DNA of 64,000 nucleotides from Paecilomyces variotii. Lineage: Eukaryota. Shown in pieces: positions 62,964 through 64,000 of this stretch (positions within the stretch are counted from its first letter, which is position 1; each line of letters starts with the position of its first letter). The position numbers and the translations under genes are program-made. The notes beneath the pieces were generated by a model. The model saw nothing but the letters and a program-made list of their open reading frames with translations. It did no database searches and was not told where the DNA came from. The stretch lies in the NCBI GenBank assembly GCA_004022145.1, contig RCNU01000006.1; one strand, given 5' to 3'.

Positions 62964-64000
62964 ATGACGAGGAAGAGTGGTCGTGCCTCGAAATCTCGCT
63001 CAAAGGCTAGGTCCAGACGCAAGCCTAAGCATACGGATCATCAGGACTCTCCTGAAGCTCAAGCGAACGAGCAGCAGACTCTTGGTGTTGCAGCTCCGGA
63101 TCATGAAGACGTTGCCAGGGCTAAAGCTCCTTCGGCCACCAGTGACGAATCCACCGTCAAGGCCGACAGCCGCCAGCAGTCTGCCTCGACTTTGAAGGAC
63201 TTCGAGATACATGAGACTGCGACTAGTCCCGAGTGTTTTGCGGGCATGGCTGTTGAGTCCGAGGAAGACTACTTTACATTCCCTGCTGGACTCTCTAGAA
63301 TGGATCGATTACGCTACAGGCGCCTTGCTCAGACTAAGGACTCAGCCCAAGACGAAATCAAGGCGCAGCATGAGTTGAAGGAGAACAGAGAGCACATCGC
63401 TTCGACCCTTCTGGAGAGCAGTTCTCCTCTTGCTGCCCCTGAGGCAAACGTGCTGGCGCCTTCTGGTGGGCTGGCAGCGACTCCTGAGGGTGACTCTTCT
63501 GTTATTGCTCCGGTCAAGAACAAACGTGCCTCTGGGACTCGTAGGAAGCCGGTGAAAAAAGCATCCACAACCAATTCCGAGCAACTGGGTGGCACCCCTC
63601 CAGCGTCACAGGGTGGATCTGCAGCAAATCAACCGCCATCTTCTCAGGCTGCGCCGTATCAAGCTACACAAGTTCCGGTGCAGAACTCGGTTTCATCTCA
63701 GATATTGGATTCTGGAAACGTTGCCGGTCCTGTCAAGCCAGCTAGAAAGAGAGCCAGTGGCCGCCGTCGCCCGAAGTCCTCTGTCACTGATCCTACCGTC
63801 GGCCTCGCACCGTCTGTCAATACAGGAAACGAGCAGATTCTATCTGGGTTGCCAACCTTCCCTTTTCAACACGCATTTCAACCACGTCGAGACAGGGGAT
63901 TGGCTCGCCCTTCTACAACGGGGGGTTCATATGTTTTGTCGACCCAGGGAAACTCTCGTCTGTGGAAGCAGCCAACTGTTGAAGACTTGAATGAAAGAGT
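62964..64000 (+). CDS. Uncharacterised low-complexity basic protein, 5' part (ORF runs off the window)
   Basis: AAAATG start; 345 codons without a stop (MTRKSGRASKSRSKARSRRKPK...WKQPTVEDLNER); absent from the ORF track because it has no stop. Confidence 0.6.
   Translation, partial: MTRKSGRASKSRSKARSRRKPKHTDHQDSPEAQANEQQTLGVAAPDHEDVARAKAPSATSDESTVKADSRQQSASTLKDFEIHETATSPECFAGMAVESEEDYFTFPAGLSRMDRLRYRRLAQTKDSAQDEIKAQHELKENREHIASTLLESSSPLAAPEANVLAPSGGLAATPEGDSSVIAPVKNKRASGTRRKPVKKASTTNSEQLGGTPPASQGGSAANQPPSSQAAPYQATQVPVQNSVSSQILDSGNVAGPVKPARKRASGRRRPKSSVTDPTVGLAPSVNTGNEQILSGLPTFPFQHAFQPRRDRGLARPSTTGGSYVLSTQGNSRLWKQPTVEDLNER

Noticed and set aside
1-64000. tRNA genes or CRISPR arrays
   Set aside because: No cloverleaf with A/B boxes and no regularly spaced repeat-spacer array seen by eye; a tRNAscan-SE run would be needed to exclude intron-containing tRNAs.

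Overview
Fungal nuclear DNA, gene content and intron style typical of Eurotiales (Aspergillus/Paecilomyces/Talaromyces relatives; inference). Most of the window is ordinary intron-containing housekeeping genes: EF-hand protein, bub2, SET-MYND, DCAF8-like WD40, 6-phosphogluconolactonase, RRM protein, cwc22, dpm2, BCAS3-like WD40, HD hydrolase, GPI protein, mph1, cap2, a Zn2Cys6 factor, med11 and the first exon of a probable taf5. The exception is a ~8 kb accessory island (~5.5-13.3 kb) built around a dispersed 5S rRNA gene (7267-7385). A second copy of only the 3' half of 5S (10840-10904) carries the same downstream flank, and the two 5S-headed units share a ~220-bp repeat but carry different cargo. 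All four island genes lie on the minus strand: an APH-type kinase, a kinase-like gene, a PD-(D/E)xK nuclease pseudogene and a small orphan. The layout resembles tandem site-specific integration into 5S rDNA with restoration of the target gene; no recombinase is encoded in the window. A long same-strand ORF also appears to be nested in the first intron of taf5. All protein assignments come from motif recognition, not database searches.
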